Shown piece by piece: positions 18,460-28,395 of a DNA stretch of 64,000 nt. Positions within the stretch are counted from its first letter, which is position 1. Each line of letters starts with the position of its first letter. This DNA comes from an uncultured Verrucomicrobiae bacterium (GTDB lineage: Bacteria; Verrucomicrobiota; Verrucomicrobiia; Limisphaerales; Palsa-1400): contig CAVXRD010000002.1 of NCBI GenBank assembly GCA_963764165.1, positions 576,001-640,000 on the forward strand. The letters run 5' to 3'. The position numbers were made by a program, and so were the translations under genes. Under the pieces are notes generated by a model that was given only the letters and a program-made list of their open reading frames with translations, did not search any database and was not told the DNA's origin.

Positions 18460-18765
18460 TTATTTCCTCCCGGACTGAAGCCGCCGTTTGATGCGTTCAC
18501 GGGCTTCGGTGGACAAGCTTGCCGCGGGCGCCTCTTGAATATCGGCGGAGTGCTCGTGGGCGGAAGCGTGCAAGAGCGCAATCTGCTTCCCATAACGGGC
18601 GCACCATTTGCAAAGAATGAGATGGCCGCGCAAGCCAAACGTTTCCAGCGGCGTCAATTTTCGATCCAGCGCGGCGGATTGAAGCCGAGTGGCTTGCTTG
18701 CAGCTCATTGATACCGTGCCCAGCCATCTTGCGGCTTTACGGAGAAAATTTCCTGATTCGTTCAT
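18460..18765 (-). CDS. Zinc-binding (ZAS/zf-HC2) anti-sigma factor
   Basis: SCKQATRL...HLILCKWC (HxxxCxxC); directly downstream of the ECF sigma; no TM segment. Confidence 0.88.
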   Translation of the reverse strand: MNESGNFLRKAARWLGTVSMSCKQATRLQSAALDRKLTPLETFGLRGHLILCKWCARYGKQIALLHASAHEHSADIQEAPAASLSTEARERIKRRLQSGRK

Positions 18766-18800
18766 TGGCGCTTCGGACGCGAAAGCATGAGTCCAACAAG

Positions 18801-18831
18801 GTTGGTCGCGGCATTGATTCGGATCCTTACA
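18801..18831 (-). promoter_or_regulatory. Putative ECF promoter for the anti-sigma gene
   Basis: TGTAAGG-N15-GCGACCAAC overlapping the sigma stop codon. Confidence 0.6.
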
Positions 18832-19516
18832 TTTTCTTTGCAATTTTTTCCGCCGCCTCGCTCTTCCCAAACCAATTGATTTCCATGCAGCGCCGCAACG
18901 CCATCCGCGCCCGGTGCAGCATCACCCAAAGGTTGCTCTCGGAAATATTGAGGGTCGCGCAGATTTCCTTGCTCCCAACGCCATCGACCTCGCGCATGAC
19001 AAACACGGCCCCCACCTTTTGCGGCAGCTTGTCGGAGCAGTTGCGGAACGTCTGCCAAAAGACCGCGTCGTCGAGGCTGGCGCCCGGATCGGGCCAGTCT
19101 TGAGGGGCGCGGTCAGCCAGCCAGCCATCCTTGAATGCCCCTTGGGACACAAACCGATCCCCCTCCTCATTCGCGTAAAACTCCATGTCGGTGAAAGACT
19201 TTTCGCGGCTGGCTTTGCGGTAGTAGTCGGAAATTTTATTTTTAAGGATGCCGACCAGCCAGCTTTTCTCGGCGGAACGCCCGGAAAAACTTTGTCCCCC
19301 CTTGAGCGCGGCGAGGAAAGTCTCTTGCACGGCATCCTCCGCTTGTGTTTCGTCACGCAGGCGCATCATGGCGAAACGGAACAGGTAATCGCCATGCAGT
19401 TCGACCCAGCGTTCCGGATCGGACAATCCCGTTGCCGCCGCTTGGATTTCCGGCGGCGGGCTTTGAATTGGCATTGGACCATCGTCTGCTCGCACGCAGA
19501 AAGTGTCATCGTTCAT
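18827..19516 (-). CDS. ECF RNA polymerase sigma factor (Neisseria sigmaE-like)
   Basis: WVELHGDYLFRFA, AEDAVQETFLAA, SWLVGILKNK, SNLWVMLHRARMALRRC; start may be 19516 or 19474. Confidence 0.92.
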   Translation of the reverse strand: MNDDTFCVRADDGPMPIQSPPPEIQAAATGLSDPERWVELHGDYLFRFAMMRLRDETQAEDAVQETFLAALKGGQSFSGRSAEKSWLVGILKNKISDYYRKASREKSFTDMEFYANEEGDRFVSQGAFKDGWLADRAPQDWPDPGASLDDAVFWQTFRNCSDKLPQKVGAVFVMREVDGVGSKEICATLNISESNLWVMLHRARMALRRCMEINWFGKSEAAEKIAKKM

Positions 19517-19550
19517 GCGACAAAGGCAAGCCCGGGAAGGACCGAAATAG

Positions 19551-19580
19551 TGTAAGGTTTGAGAGGCCCGCGCGACGAAT
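19551..19580 (+). promoter_or_regulatory. Putative ECF promoter for msrBA
   Basis: TGTAAGG-N14-GCGACGAAT about 100 nt upstream of the msrBA start. Confidence 0.7.
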
Positions 19581-19676
19581 GGGTGGCGCAATGGTTCGAA
19601 AAACCCTTGCGCCGGACGCGACTGGCTGGATATTGCATCCAGAGCGCGAGCTGAAACGATTAACGATTGGAGCATT

Positions 19677-20750
19677 ATGTCATCGATCAAATTCGCCACC
19701 GTGGCCGCAGCCGCATTGCTGGCGGCCGGATTTTTGTGGTTTAAGCACACTGGAAATGCGCAGCCGGCCGAGCCATCAACTTTCGAGCCGGCCCTGGTCA
19801 AAGATTTCAAAAAACCCGATGAGGCCCAGCTAAAAAAGAAACTTACCTCGCAACAGTTCGCTGTCACCCAGAAGTGTGGAACCGAGCCACCCTTCCAGAA
19901 CGCCTATTGGGACAATCACAAACCCGGAATTTACGTGGACGTGGTTTCGGGCCAGCCGTTGTTTAGCTCGCTGGAGAAATTTGATTCCGGGACTGGCTGG
20001 CCTAGCTTCACCCAGCCGCTCGCCAGCACCAACGTCGTCGAGAAAACGGATTCCACCCTTGGCATGACGCGGACCGAAGTGCGGTCAAGCGCGGCGGATT
20101 CGCACTTGGGCCACGTTTTCAATGATGGGCCGGGGACGAACGGCTTGCGCTATTGCATTAATTCAGCCGCGCTGAAGTTCATTCCCGTCGAGGAGATGGA
20201 CCAGGCCGGTTACGGGGAATATCTGGAGCCATTTGTGAAGGCCGGGCTCGCCAAGCCGGTGACCCATGAAACAGCGATTCTTTCCGGAGGCTGTTTTTGG
20301 GGAATGGAGGAAATCATCCGGAAAATACCGGGCGTTGCGAAAACAACTGTCGGCTTCTGCGGAGGAATCACGCCCGACCCGACCTATGAGGAAGTTTGCA
20401 CGGGCAATACCGGACACGCCGAATCAGTCGAGATTCTTTTCGATCCGGCCAAAATCAGCTACGAAAAGCTGCTGGATTATTTCTTCCGGATGCACGACCC
20501 AACGACTTTGAACCAGCAGCACAACGATCGCGGGACGCAATATCGCTCGGCCATTTTTTACGTCACGCCGGAGCAGAAACAAATCGCCGAGCGCGTCAAA
20601 GCGCGGTGGGACAAATCCGGCAAATTCAGCAAGCCCATCGTCACTGAAATCACGGCCGCGACGCCCTTTTATCCCGCGGAAGAATATCACCAGAAATACC
20701 TGGTCAAGCACCCGCATGGTTACAATTGCCACGTGCTGCGCGATGAGTGA
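19677..20750 (+). CDS. msrAB: Exported bifunctional methionine sulfoxide reductase MsrB-MsrA
   Basis: Signal peptide; MsrB GTGWPSF, HLGHVF, RYCINS; Msr[24 protein letters not shown]. Confidence 0.96.
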   Translation: MSSIKFATVAAAALLAAGFLWFKHTGNAQPAEPSTFEPALVKDFKKPDEAQLKKKLTSQQFAVTQKCGTEPPFQNAYWDNHKPGIYVDVVSGQPLFSSLEKFDSGTGWPSFTQPLASTNVVEKTDSTLGMTRTEVRSSAADSHLGHVFNDGPGTNGLRYCINSAALKFIPVEEMDQAGYGEYLEPFVKAGLAKPVTHETAILSGGCFWGMEEIIRKIPGVAKTTVGFCGGITPDPTYEEVCTGNTGHAESVEILFDPAKISYEKLLDYFFRMHDPTTLNQQHNDRGTQYRSAIFYVTPEQKQIAERVKARWDKSGKFSKPIVTEITAATPFYPAEEYHQKYLVKHPHGYNCHVLRDE

Positions 20751-20914
20751 CGGAAGGCGATTTGGCAAAATTCGGCGGATAATTTTTAATCTGGAACGAC
20801 CGAACTCAGGAAAAGAGACGGATGCGCAAACCTGCCGCTTGTCTCGCTCAAATTGGGCCTCCCGCGTTCGCGGCGAGCGCTTGATTTCGCTGGCTGGGAA
20901 GGCACACTCATCGG

Positions 20915-23900
20915 ATGTGTAACCACGATCAATGGCGGGAAGGCGCTCTCGCGATTCTCTGCTGCGCAATCCTCCAGCCGTTCTTTGCGGCGGCCCAAGG
21001 CAACGTCACCACTTACCATAACGACAATGCCCGCACCGGCCAGTACCTGACGGAAACGAATCTCACCCTCGCCAACGTCAATACGAACACGTTCGGTTTG
21101 CTTTTCTCCCAGCCCGTCGATGGCCAGATTTACGGCCAGCCGCTTTACGTCGCGGGCGTGAACATCGCCAACAAGGGAATTCACAACGTCGTGGTCGTCG
21201 CCACTGAAAATGACAGCGTGTATGCGTTTGACGCGGATAATAATTTGGGCAGCAACGCCGCGCCGCTGTGGCAGACCAATTTTCTCAACGCCGCCGCGGG
21301 CGTGACGGCGGTGCCAAATGGCGACGTCGGCTCCGGGAACATCGCGCCAGTCATCGGCATCACGAGCACTCCGGTTATTGATCCTGTCACGCAAACTGTC
21401 TACGTCGAAGCCAAGACAAAAGAAGTGACGTCCAGCACGACTAGTTACGTCCACCGGTTGCATGCCCTGGACTTGGGATCTGGGGCGGAAAAATTTGGCG
21501 GGCCGGTGGTCATTTCGCCTGTTGTCAAAGGCACGGGCGATGGAAACGATGGCTCTGGCAATGTCCCGTTCAACGGATTGCGGCAGTTAAATCGCCCTGG
21601 TCTGCTGCTGTTGAACGGCGTGGTTTACATTGCCTACGCCTCCCACGGCGATAACGGCCCCTACCACGGCTGGATTCTTGGTTTCAACGCCCAGACTCTG
21701 AAGCCGCAGGGAATTTACATTACGACACCCAACGGCGGATTGGGAGGCTTCTGGGAGGCTGGCGACGGCCCATGCGCCGACACCAACGGGGCGATATACG
21801 CCGTCACCGGCAACGGATCGTTCGACGGTTCCACGAACAGCGATTACGGGGACAGTTTTGTCAAATTGACGGTCTCCGGCACGAATCTCACCCAGGCCGA
21901 TTATTTTACGCCTTATAACCAAGCCAGCCTCTCCGGCTCGGATCTGGACGTGGGCAGCGGCGGCGCGCTGCTGTTGCCGGATGCGGCTGGCAGCGCCACG
22001 CATCAGCACCTTATGACGGGTGGAGGAAAATCTGGAATCCTTTATCTGGTGGATCGGGACAATCTTGGGCACTTCAATTCCGCGAACAACAACCAGATTG
22101 TGCAATCGCTGACCGGGCTGCCCGGGTTGTTTTCGACGCCAGCTTATTTCAATGGCATGATCTACGTGATCGGAGGCGGAGGATCACTGGAAGCTTTTAC
22201 CTGCACCAACGGCGCGTTCGGGACGACACCCGCGGCGACCGGCCCAGAAGGATATGGGTGGCCCGGAGCAACGCCCTCCATCTCAGCAAACGGCGCCAGC
22301 AACGCCATCGTTTGGGCCGTGCAGCCGGCTGGTTCGGCTATCTTGCGCGCTTATAACGCGACTAATGTCGCCATGGAAATCTACAACAGCACCCAGGCAG
22401 GAAGCCGTGACGGCCTGGGCGCCCCGGTTAAATTCACCTTGCCGACCGTTGCCAACGGCAAGGTCTACGTCCCGACGGCTGCGGCAGTGGCGGTCTTTGG
22501 CAACGGTTTATGGGGCACGCCGCCGACGATCACGCCCAACGGCGGCGTTTTTACAAATTCCATCACCGTTTCGCTTTCATCGAGCGTTGCCGGCGCCATG
22601 ATTTATTACACATTGGACGGAACGGTTCCGACGACAAGCTCGACGCCGTATACTATTCCTTTCACTCTGACAAATGCGACGGTGGTCCAAGCCATTGCGA
22701 GCGCGCCAAACGAAAACATCAGCAATCCGTCGGCAGCGCTGTTTTACCCGGTCACCTCCAATACCGTGATTGCTGGATTCGGCGCGGGTTGGACTTTGAA
22801 CAACGGGGCGGCGCTCTCCAGCAACGTCCTCACGCTGACGGACGGCAATGGCGGGGAAGCGCGCACCGCGTTTTACAACACGCCGGTCTACATCGGCTCG
22901 TTCAACGCGCAATTTGTTTACCAGGGCGTGGGCGAAGCGGACGGCACCGCATTTGTCATCCAAGATTCCAGCAGCGGGACTGGCGCATTGGGCTATTCCG
23001 GCGGCGCATTGGGCTACGGCGGAATCACGCCAAGCGCGGCGGTCGAATTCAATCTTTACAGTGGGGCCGGCGGCAGCGGCACCGCTTATGCCACCGATGG
23101 CGCAACCGGAACCTATAACTCGACGCTTCCATTGAACCTCGACGACGGCAATCCCGTGTGGATTTCCTTGAATTACGATGGATCCTATTTGACCGAACGC
23201 CTGGACGACCTCGTCACCGGCGACGTTTATGAGACAAATTACCAAGTGATCCTCGCGTCAACGCTCGGCAGCAACATTGCGCTGGTCGGCTTCACCGGCG
23301 GCACTGGCGGGAGCGTGTCGGTGCAAACGATCTCGGATTTCATTTTCACCGAACTCTCGCCGCCTGCTGCTTCGCCGACGTTTGCGCCAAACGGGGCCAT
23401 ATTCACAAATTCGATTTTGGTCTCCATCAACGCGCAAGGGAGCGGCGGGCAGATTTATTACACGCTGGACGGATCGTTCCCGAGCACGAATTCCATTGCC
23501 TACACGGGTCCGTTTCTCTTGACAAACACGGCGGCCATCAAGGCAGTCGCAATCACTCCGAACGCCGCACCCAGCGCGCCTGCATTTGCCTTTTTCGGAG
23601 AGCAATCGGTTGGGACGGGCATTTCAGCATTCGGCGGCAACGGCGCAGGATGGACTTTGAACGGTGGCGCGACGGTCACCGGAGATGTCCTTGAATTGAC
23701 TGACGGAAACGGAAGCGAGGCGCGAAGCGCCTTTTTTAACACCCGCCAGATCGTCACGAACTTCGTCGCCCGCTTCATTTATCAAAGCACCGGCGGCGCG
23801 GACGGAACGACTTTCACTCTCCAAAACGCCGCCACCGGAGCAAGTTCGCTAGGAGGAGGCGGCGGAAATTTGGGCTATAACGGCATCACGCCGAGCGCGG

Positions 23901-24436
23901 CCGTCGAATTCAACCTTTACTCGGGCCAGGGTGGAACCGGAACCCGCTTCGCGACCGACGGGACGACCGGCGGCTACACTTCGACGCTGCCCCTTGACCT
24001 CGGCGCCAATGATCCGATCTGGGTTTCTCTGATTTACGACGGCGCGACGATGGCGGAGCGGCTGGTCGATCAGAACAACGGCAACACATTCACCGCCTCC
24101 TACGCGGTTAACCTCGCGAGCGTCATCGGAACGAATATGCCGTGGGTCGGTTTCACGGGCGGAGACGGCGGCGTGTCATCCATTCAGACGGTGACGGATT
24201 TCACCTTTTCGCCGCAATTTGCCGCGCCGGCCCTGAGCGCCTCGCTTTCCGGCTCGCAATTGACGCTCAGTTGGACGGCGGCTCCTGTCACGTATATCGT
24301 GGAATTCACAACGAATCTCGCCAATCCCACCGTGTGGCAGCAGGTGTCCCAGGCTCCTGTAACAACCGGGAACCGCGTCACCGTCAGATTGGCTGCCGGC
24401 TCCACCAATGCGTATTATCGATTGAAAGCGCAATAA
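20915..24436 (+). CDS. Secreted PQQ-like propeller protein with two chitobiase-C/Fn3-associated plus legume-lectin-like modules and C-terminal YYR domain
   Basis: TYHNDNARTG start of mature protein; IYYTLDGTxP twice; ADGxxF...VGFTGG lectin-like modules twice. Confidence 0.88.
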   Translation: MCNHDQWREGALAILCCAILQPFFAAAQGNVTTYHNDNARTGQYLTETNLTLANVNTNTFGLLFSQPVDGQIYGQPLYVAGVNIANKGIHNVVVVATENDSVYAFDADNNLGSNAAPLWQTNFLNAAAGVTAVPNGDVGSGNIAPVIGITSTPVIDPVTQTVYVEAKTKEVTSSTTSYVHRLHALDLGSGAEKFGGPVVISPVVKGTGDGNDGSGNVPFNGLRQLNRPGLLLLNGVVYIAYASHGDNGPYHGWILGFNAQTLKPQGIYITTPNGGLGGFWEAGDGPCADTNGAIYAVTGNGSFDGSTNSDYGDSFVKLTVSGTNLTQADYFTPYNQASLSGSDLDVGSGGALLLPDAAGSATHQHLMTGGGKSGILYLVDRDNLGHFNSANNNQIVQSLTGLPGLFSTPAYFNGMIYVIGGGGSLEAFTCTNGAFGTTPAATGPEGYGWPGATPSISANGASNAIVWAVQPAGSAILRAYNATNVAMEIYNSTQAGSRDGLGAPVKFTLPTVANGKVYVPTAAAVAVFGNGLWGTPPTITPNGGVFTNSITVSLSSSVAGAMIYYTLDGTVPTTSSTPYTIPFTLTNATVVQAIASAPNENISNPSAALFYPVTSNTVIAGFGAGWTLNNGAALSSNVLTLTDGNGGEARTAFYNTPVYIGSFNAQFVYQGVGEADGTAFVIQDSSSGTGALGYSGGALGYGGITPSAAVEFNLYSGAGGSGTAYATDGATGTYNSTLPLNLDDGNPVWISLNYDGSYLTERLDDLVTGDVYETNYQVILASTLGSNIALVGFTGGTGGSVSVQTISDFIFTELSPPAASPTFAPNGAIFTNSILVSINAQGSGGQIYYTLDGSFPSTNSIAYTGPFLLTNTAAIKAVAITPNAAPSAPAFAFFGEQSVGTGISAFGGNGAGWTLNGGATVTGDVLELTDGNGSEARSAFFNTRQIVTNFVARFIYQSTGGADGTTFTLQNAATGASSLGGGGGNLGYNGITPSAAVEFNLYSGQGGTGTRFATDGTTGGYTSTLPLDLGANDPIWVSLIYDGATMAERLVDQNNGNTFTASYAVNLASVIGTNMPWVGFTGGDGGVSSIQTVTDFTFSPQFAAPALSASLSGSQLTLSWTAAPVTYIVEFTTNLANPTVWQQVSQAPVTTGNRVTVRLAAGSTNAYYRLKAQ

Positions 24437-24761
24437 ACTGCCGCTCGGCCAACGGGGCGGCAAACCGAAAGCGCCGACGCCCCAATCCGCCAGCCCACCG
24501 AAGCTTCGCGTCCGGGCCAAGGATGAACACAAGTTGTTTATGTTCAGCACATTACAAGTAACTGCTTTACAGGCCCCCCTGCGATTAAATAATCTGACAG
24601 AATTGGTGTAACCAACGGGTCCGGAATGGCGTCTGTTTGCATTTAGAGGAGGCAATATAGCCAAAAGAGTTACATGCCCGAAAATTCTTCTTCACACGAT
24701 TGCGTGTTTCCCCACGATTTCGGACTTGACTGTCGCGGGCGAATTTTTTAAAAAAATGCCC

Positions 24762-27700
24762 ATGAAAACTAACTGCGTTCCGTGGCGGGGAGGAGCCATG
24801 ACGTTAATCTGCTGCTCTATTCTTCAGCCGCTTATTTCAGCGGCCCAAGGTGATGTTCTCACCTATCACAATGACAATGCCCGCACCGGCCAGTATTTGA
24901 CAGAGACAAATCTGACTCTGGCCAACGTGAATACCAACTCATTCGGACTGCTCTTTTCGCAGGCGGTCGACGCGCCGATCTGGGGCCAGCCCCTGTTCGT
25001 GGCGGGAGTGGCGATCACAAACAAAGGAACACACAATGTTGTTTTCGTCGCCACCGGAAATGACAGCGTCTACGCCTTCGACGCGGACGATAATTCCGGC
25101 AGCAACGCCGCGCCCCTGTGGCAAGTGAGTTTCCTGTCGCCCTCCAACGGCGTGACGGCGGTGCCGGGGCCCGATGTCTTTTTTCCCGGCATCATCGGCG
25201 TATCGAGCACGCCCGTGATCGATCCCGTTTCGAAGACCATTTACGTCGAGGCGCAAACCAAGGAAGTTAGCGCCACGGGCACCAATTACGTGCACCGCCT
25301 GCACGCGCTGGACCTGGGTTCAGGCCAGGAAAAATTCGGGGGGCCAGTTGCAGTTTGCGGATTGGTTCCTGGCGCAGGCGATGGCAATGACGGGGCAGGC
25401 AACGTGCCATTTGACGGTCAACTCCAGCTAAATCGCCCTGCCCTGCTGTTGGCCAACGGTGTAGTCTACCTTGGGTTCGCAGGGCACGCAGATGCCGGCA
25501 ATTATCACGGCTGGCTTGCAGGCTACAATGCTCAAACTTTGCAGCCGCAAGGAATCTATAATTCCACCCCAAATGGCTGGGCCGGTGGAATCTGGCAGAG
25601 CGGCGACGGTCCTTGCGTGGATGACAGCGGCGCGATCTACGCCATGACTGGCAATGGCACCTTTGACGGAGCCACCAACAATAATTACGGCGATAGCGTT
25701 GTAAAAATAATCAACGACGGGACGAATATGGTGCAAACGGACTCTTTCACCCCGTTTAACCAGGGACTCCTCTACGCCACAGACGGCGACCTGGGTTCCG
25801 GCGGCCCAATGGTGCTGCCAGATGAGACCGGAACATCCGCCACGCCGCACTTAATGGTTGGCGGCGGCAAAGATGGAATTCTGTATTTGCTGGACCGGGA
25901 CAATCTCGGTCAATTTAATGCTGATTTCGATCAAGTCGTCGATCAGATTGACTGGGCTGGAGCGCAGTTTTCAACCCCGGCTTATTTCAACGGCATGATT
26001 TACATCTGCGGCGTAGCCCGGCCTTTGCAGGCAATCGCTTGCACGAATGCGACTCTTGGCAAAACGCCCGCTGCGGCAAGCCCGGCGCCCTTTGGCTCCC
26101 CCGGAGCCACTCCATATATCTCCGCCAATGGCAGCAGCAACGCCATCGTGTGGGCCGTCCAGTACCACGGGAGGCGCTGTTCTCCACGCCTACAATGCCA
26201 CCAATATTGCAGACGAACTTTACAACAGCACGCAAGCCGGAAGCCGCGATGTCCTGGCTGTAGTGCAGAAGAATGCTCCGCCAGCAGTGGCCCACGGCAA
26301 AGTCTACGTGCCCACGGCCTCGAGCCTCGCCTTCTTCGGGATCGGTTATTGGAGCGCGCCGCCGGTCATCTCGCCCAACAGCGGCCTGTTCACCAATTCC
26401 GTCACCGTCACGATTTCCAGCGATGTGGTCGGCGCGCAAATTTATTACACGCTGGACGGAACAAGCCCCAGCCTTTCTTCAACGCTCTACACTGCCGCGT
26501 TTACGCTTAGCAATGCCACCGAGGTGCGGGCCATCGCCGCCATGCCGGGCGGCGGCCAAAGCTCGGCAAGCGAAGCGCTTTTTCTGCAGGCAGTCACAAA
26601 TGCGGCTATCGTTGATTTCAACGAAGGATGGACATTGAACAACGGGGCCGCGATTTCCACCAATGGCCTGACGGTAACGGATGGAGGCTATTTTGAAGGG
26701 CCGACAGCCTTTTTCAGCACACCCGTTTATGCGGGGGCATTTGATGCTGAGTTTATTTACCAAGCCACCGGCGTCGCGGATGGAATGGCGTTTGTCCTTC
26801 AAGACACCACCAACGGCGCAAACGCTGTCGGCATCGGCTACGAAGGGTTAGGGTACATGGGCCTCGCGCCCAGTGTCGCGCTTGAGTTTAATTTTTATAG
26901 CTTCGGCCTGGGCACGGGCACTGCCTGGGCTGAAAACGGCTCGCTCGGCCCCTTTAACGCGACAGGCTCGGTGGGCCTGGGTTCGGGAGATCCGATTTGG
27001 GTTTCGCTCCATTACGACGGCACCGTTTTCGCCGAGACTCTCGATGATCCGATTAGTGGCGGATTCTTTACAACAAACTTTGTGGTATCCATCCCCAACA
27101 TTCTGGGAACGAACACGGCTTTTGTCGGGTTTACCGGCGGCACGGAGGAGGTTTCATCTGTGCAAACCATCTCGGATTTCGTCTTCACCGAGCTTCCGCC
27201 TCCAGCGCCGCCGCCCGTCATCACACCAGAGGGCGCGCTCTTCACCAACTCGGTTTTGGTCACGCTCAGTTCACCATTTCCCGGCGCCCAGTATTATTAC
27301 ACGGTGGATGGGACAACTCCCACCACCAACTCCATTTTGTACACAGGCCCAATCCTACTCACCAATACCACAGCGCTCAGAGCCGTGACGCAGGCCCCGG
27401 GATTATCGCGTGGTCTGCCGGATTATGCATTCTTCGGCGCCCAGTCCGTTGGAACTGGAATAACGGCCTTCGGCGGAAGCGGGACAGGCTGGACCCTTAA
27501 TGGAAGCGCATCCGCAAGTGGAGATGTGCTCCAACTGACGGACACCAATTATTTCGAGGCTGGCAGCGCTTTCTTTAATGCGCCGCTGCCCGCGACCAAC
27601 TTCGTGGCTCGTTTCATTTATCAAGCCACCGGTGGCACCCACGCCGCGGATGGCGCGGCTTTTGTGATCCAGAACTCTCCCGGCGGACCAAGCGCGCTTG

Positions 27701-28284
27701 GAGGCTCATCGGAATCATTGGGGCTGTCAGGCATCTCTCCGAGTGTGGGACTCGAACTTCACCTTCTCAGTTACACCGGCGGGAGCGGGACTCAATTGGG
27801 AATTAACGGCGCATCCAGCTCCTTCGACTCGACCCTGCCCCTGGATCTGACCAGCGGCGACCCCATCTGGGTTTCGCTGATTTACGACGGCACTACTCTC
27901 CAGGAAACGCTTGTCGATCCAGCCAATGGGAGCACCTATGCCGCTTCCTACGCCGTCGATATCGCCGGTATTGTCGGGACGAGCCAGCCTTGGATTGGGT
28001 TTGCCGGCTCCGACACCTTCTGGGCTTCCGTGCAGACAATCTCGGACTTTACATTCTCCCCGCAGTTTGCCGCGCCCGCCCTCAGCGCCACGTTTTCGGG
28101 AACGCAAATCAGCTTGAATTGGACCGCCACCCCCATCAACTACGTCGTCGAAAGCACAACCAACCTCGCCAATCCAACGGTATGGACGCCAGTGACCCAA
28201 TCGCCGGTAACGGTTGGGGACCAAGTAACGTTCACTGCGCCTGTTAGTTCGACTAATACATACTACCGCTTGAGGGCACGTTAG
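24762..28284 (+). pseudogene. Tandem paralog of 20915-24436 split by one frameshift near 26163
   Basis: First frame matches the paralog up to WAVQ; similarity resumes in the next frame (GGAVLHAYNATN versus GSAILRAYNATN). Confidence 0.85.
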
Positions 28285-28395
28285 ATCGCGTCAAACAACA
28301 GAATCCAAGTTCTTTCTGGGGTAACCCATACAGCCACTTATCGAACATATTCTGGCTTGACCCGCCCCAGACGATGCGGTTCAATGTACCGTCGA

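Noticed and set aside
18324..18638. N-terminal extension of the Cys-rich peptide in the ORF track
   Set aside because: It overlaps the anti-sigma gene and the promoter motif; ATG 18323 gives a proper lipoprotein signal
26150..26175. Programmed frameshift or phase variation in the split paralog
   Set aside because: No homopolymer, slippery heptamer or tandem repeat at the shift site
20915..28284. Diversity-generating retroelement template/variable repeat pair
   Set aside because: Similarity spans whole genes, differences are not adenine-specific and there is no reverse transcriptase
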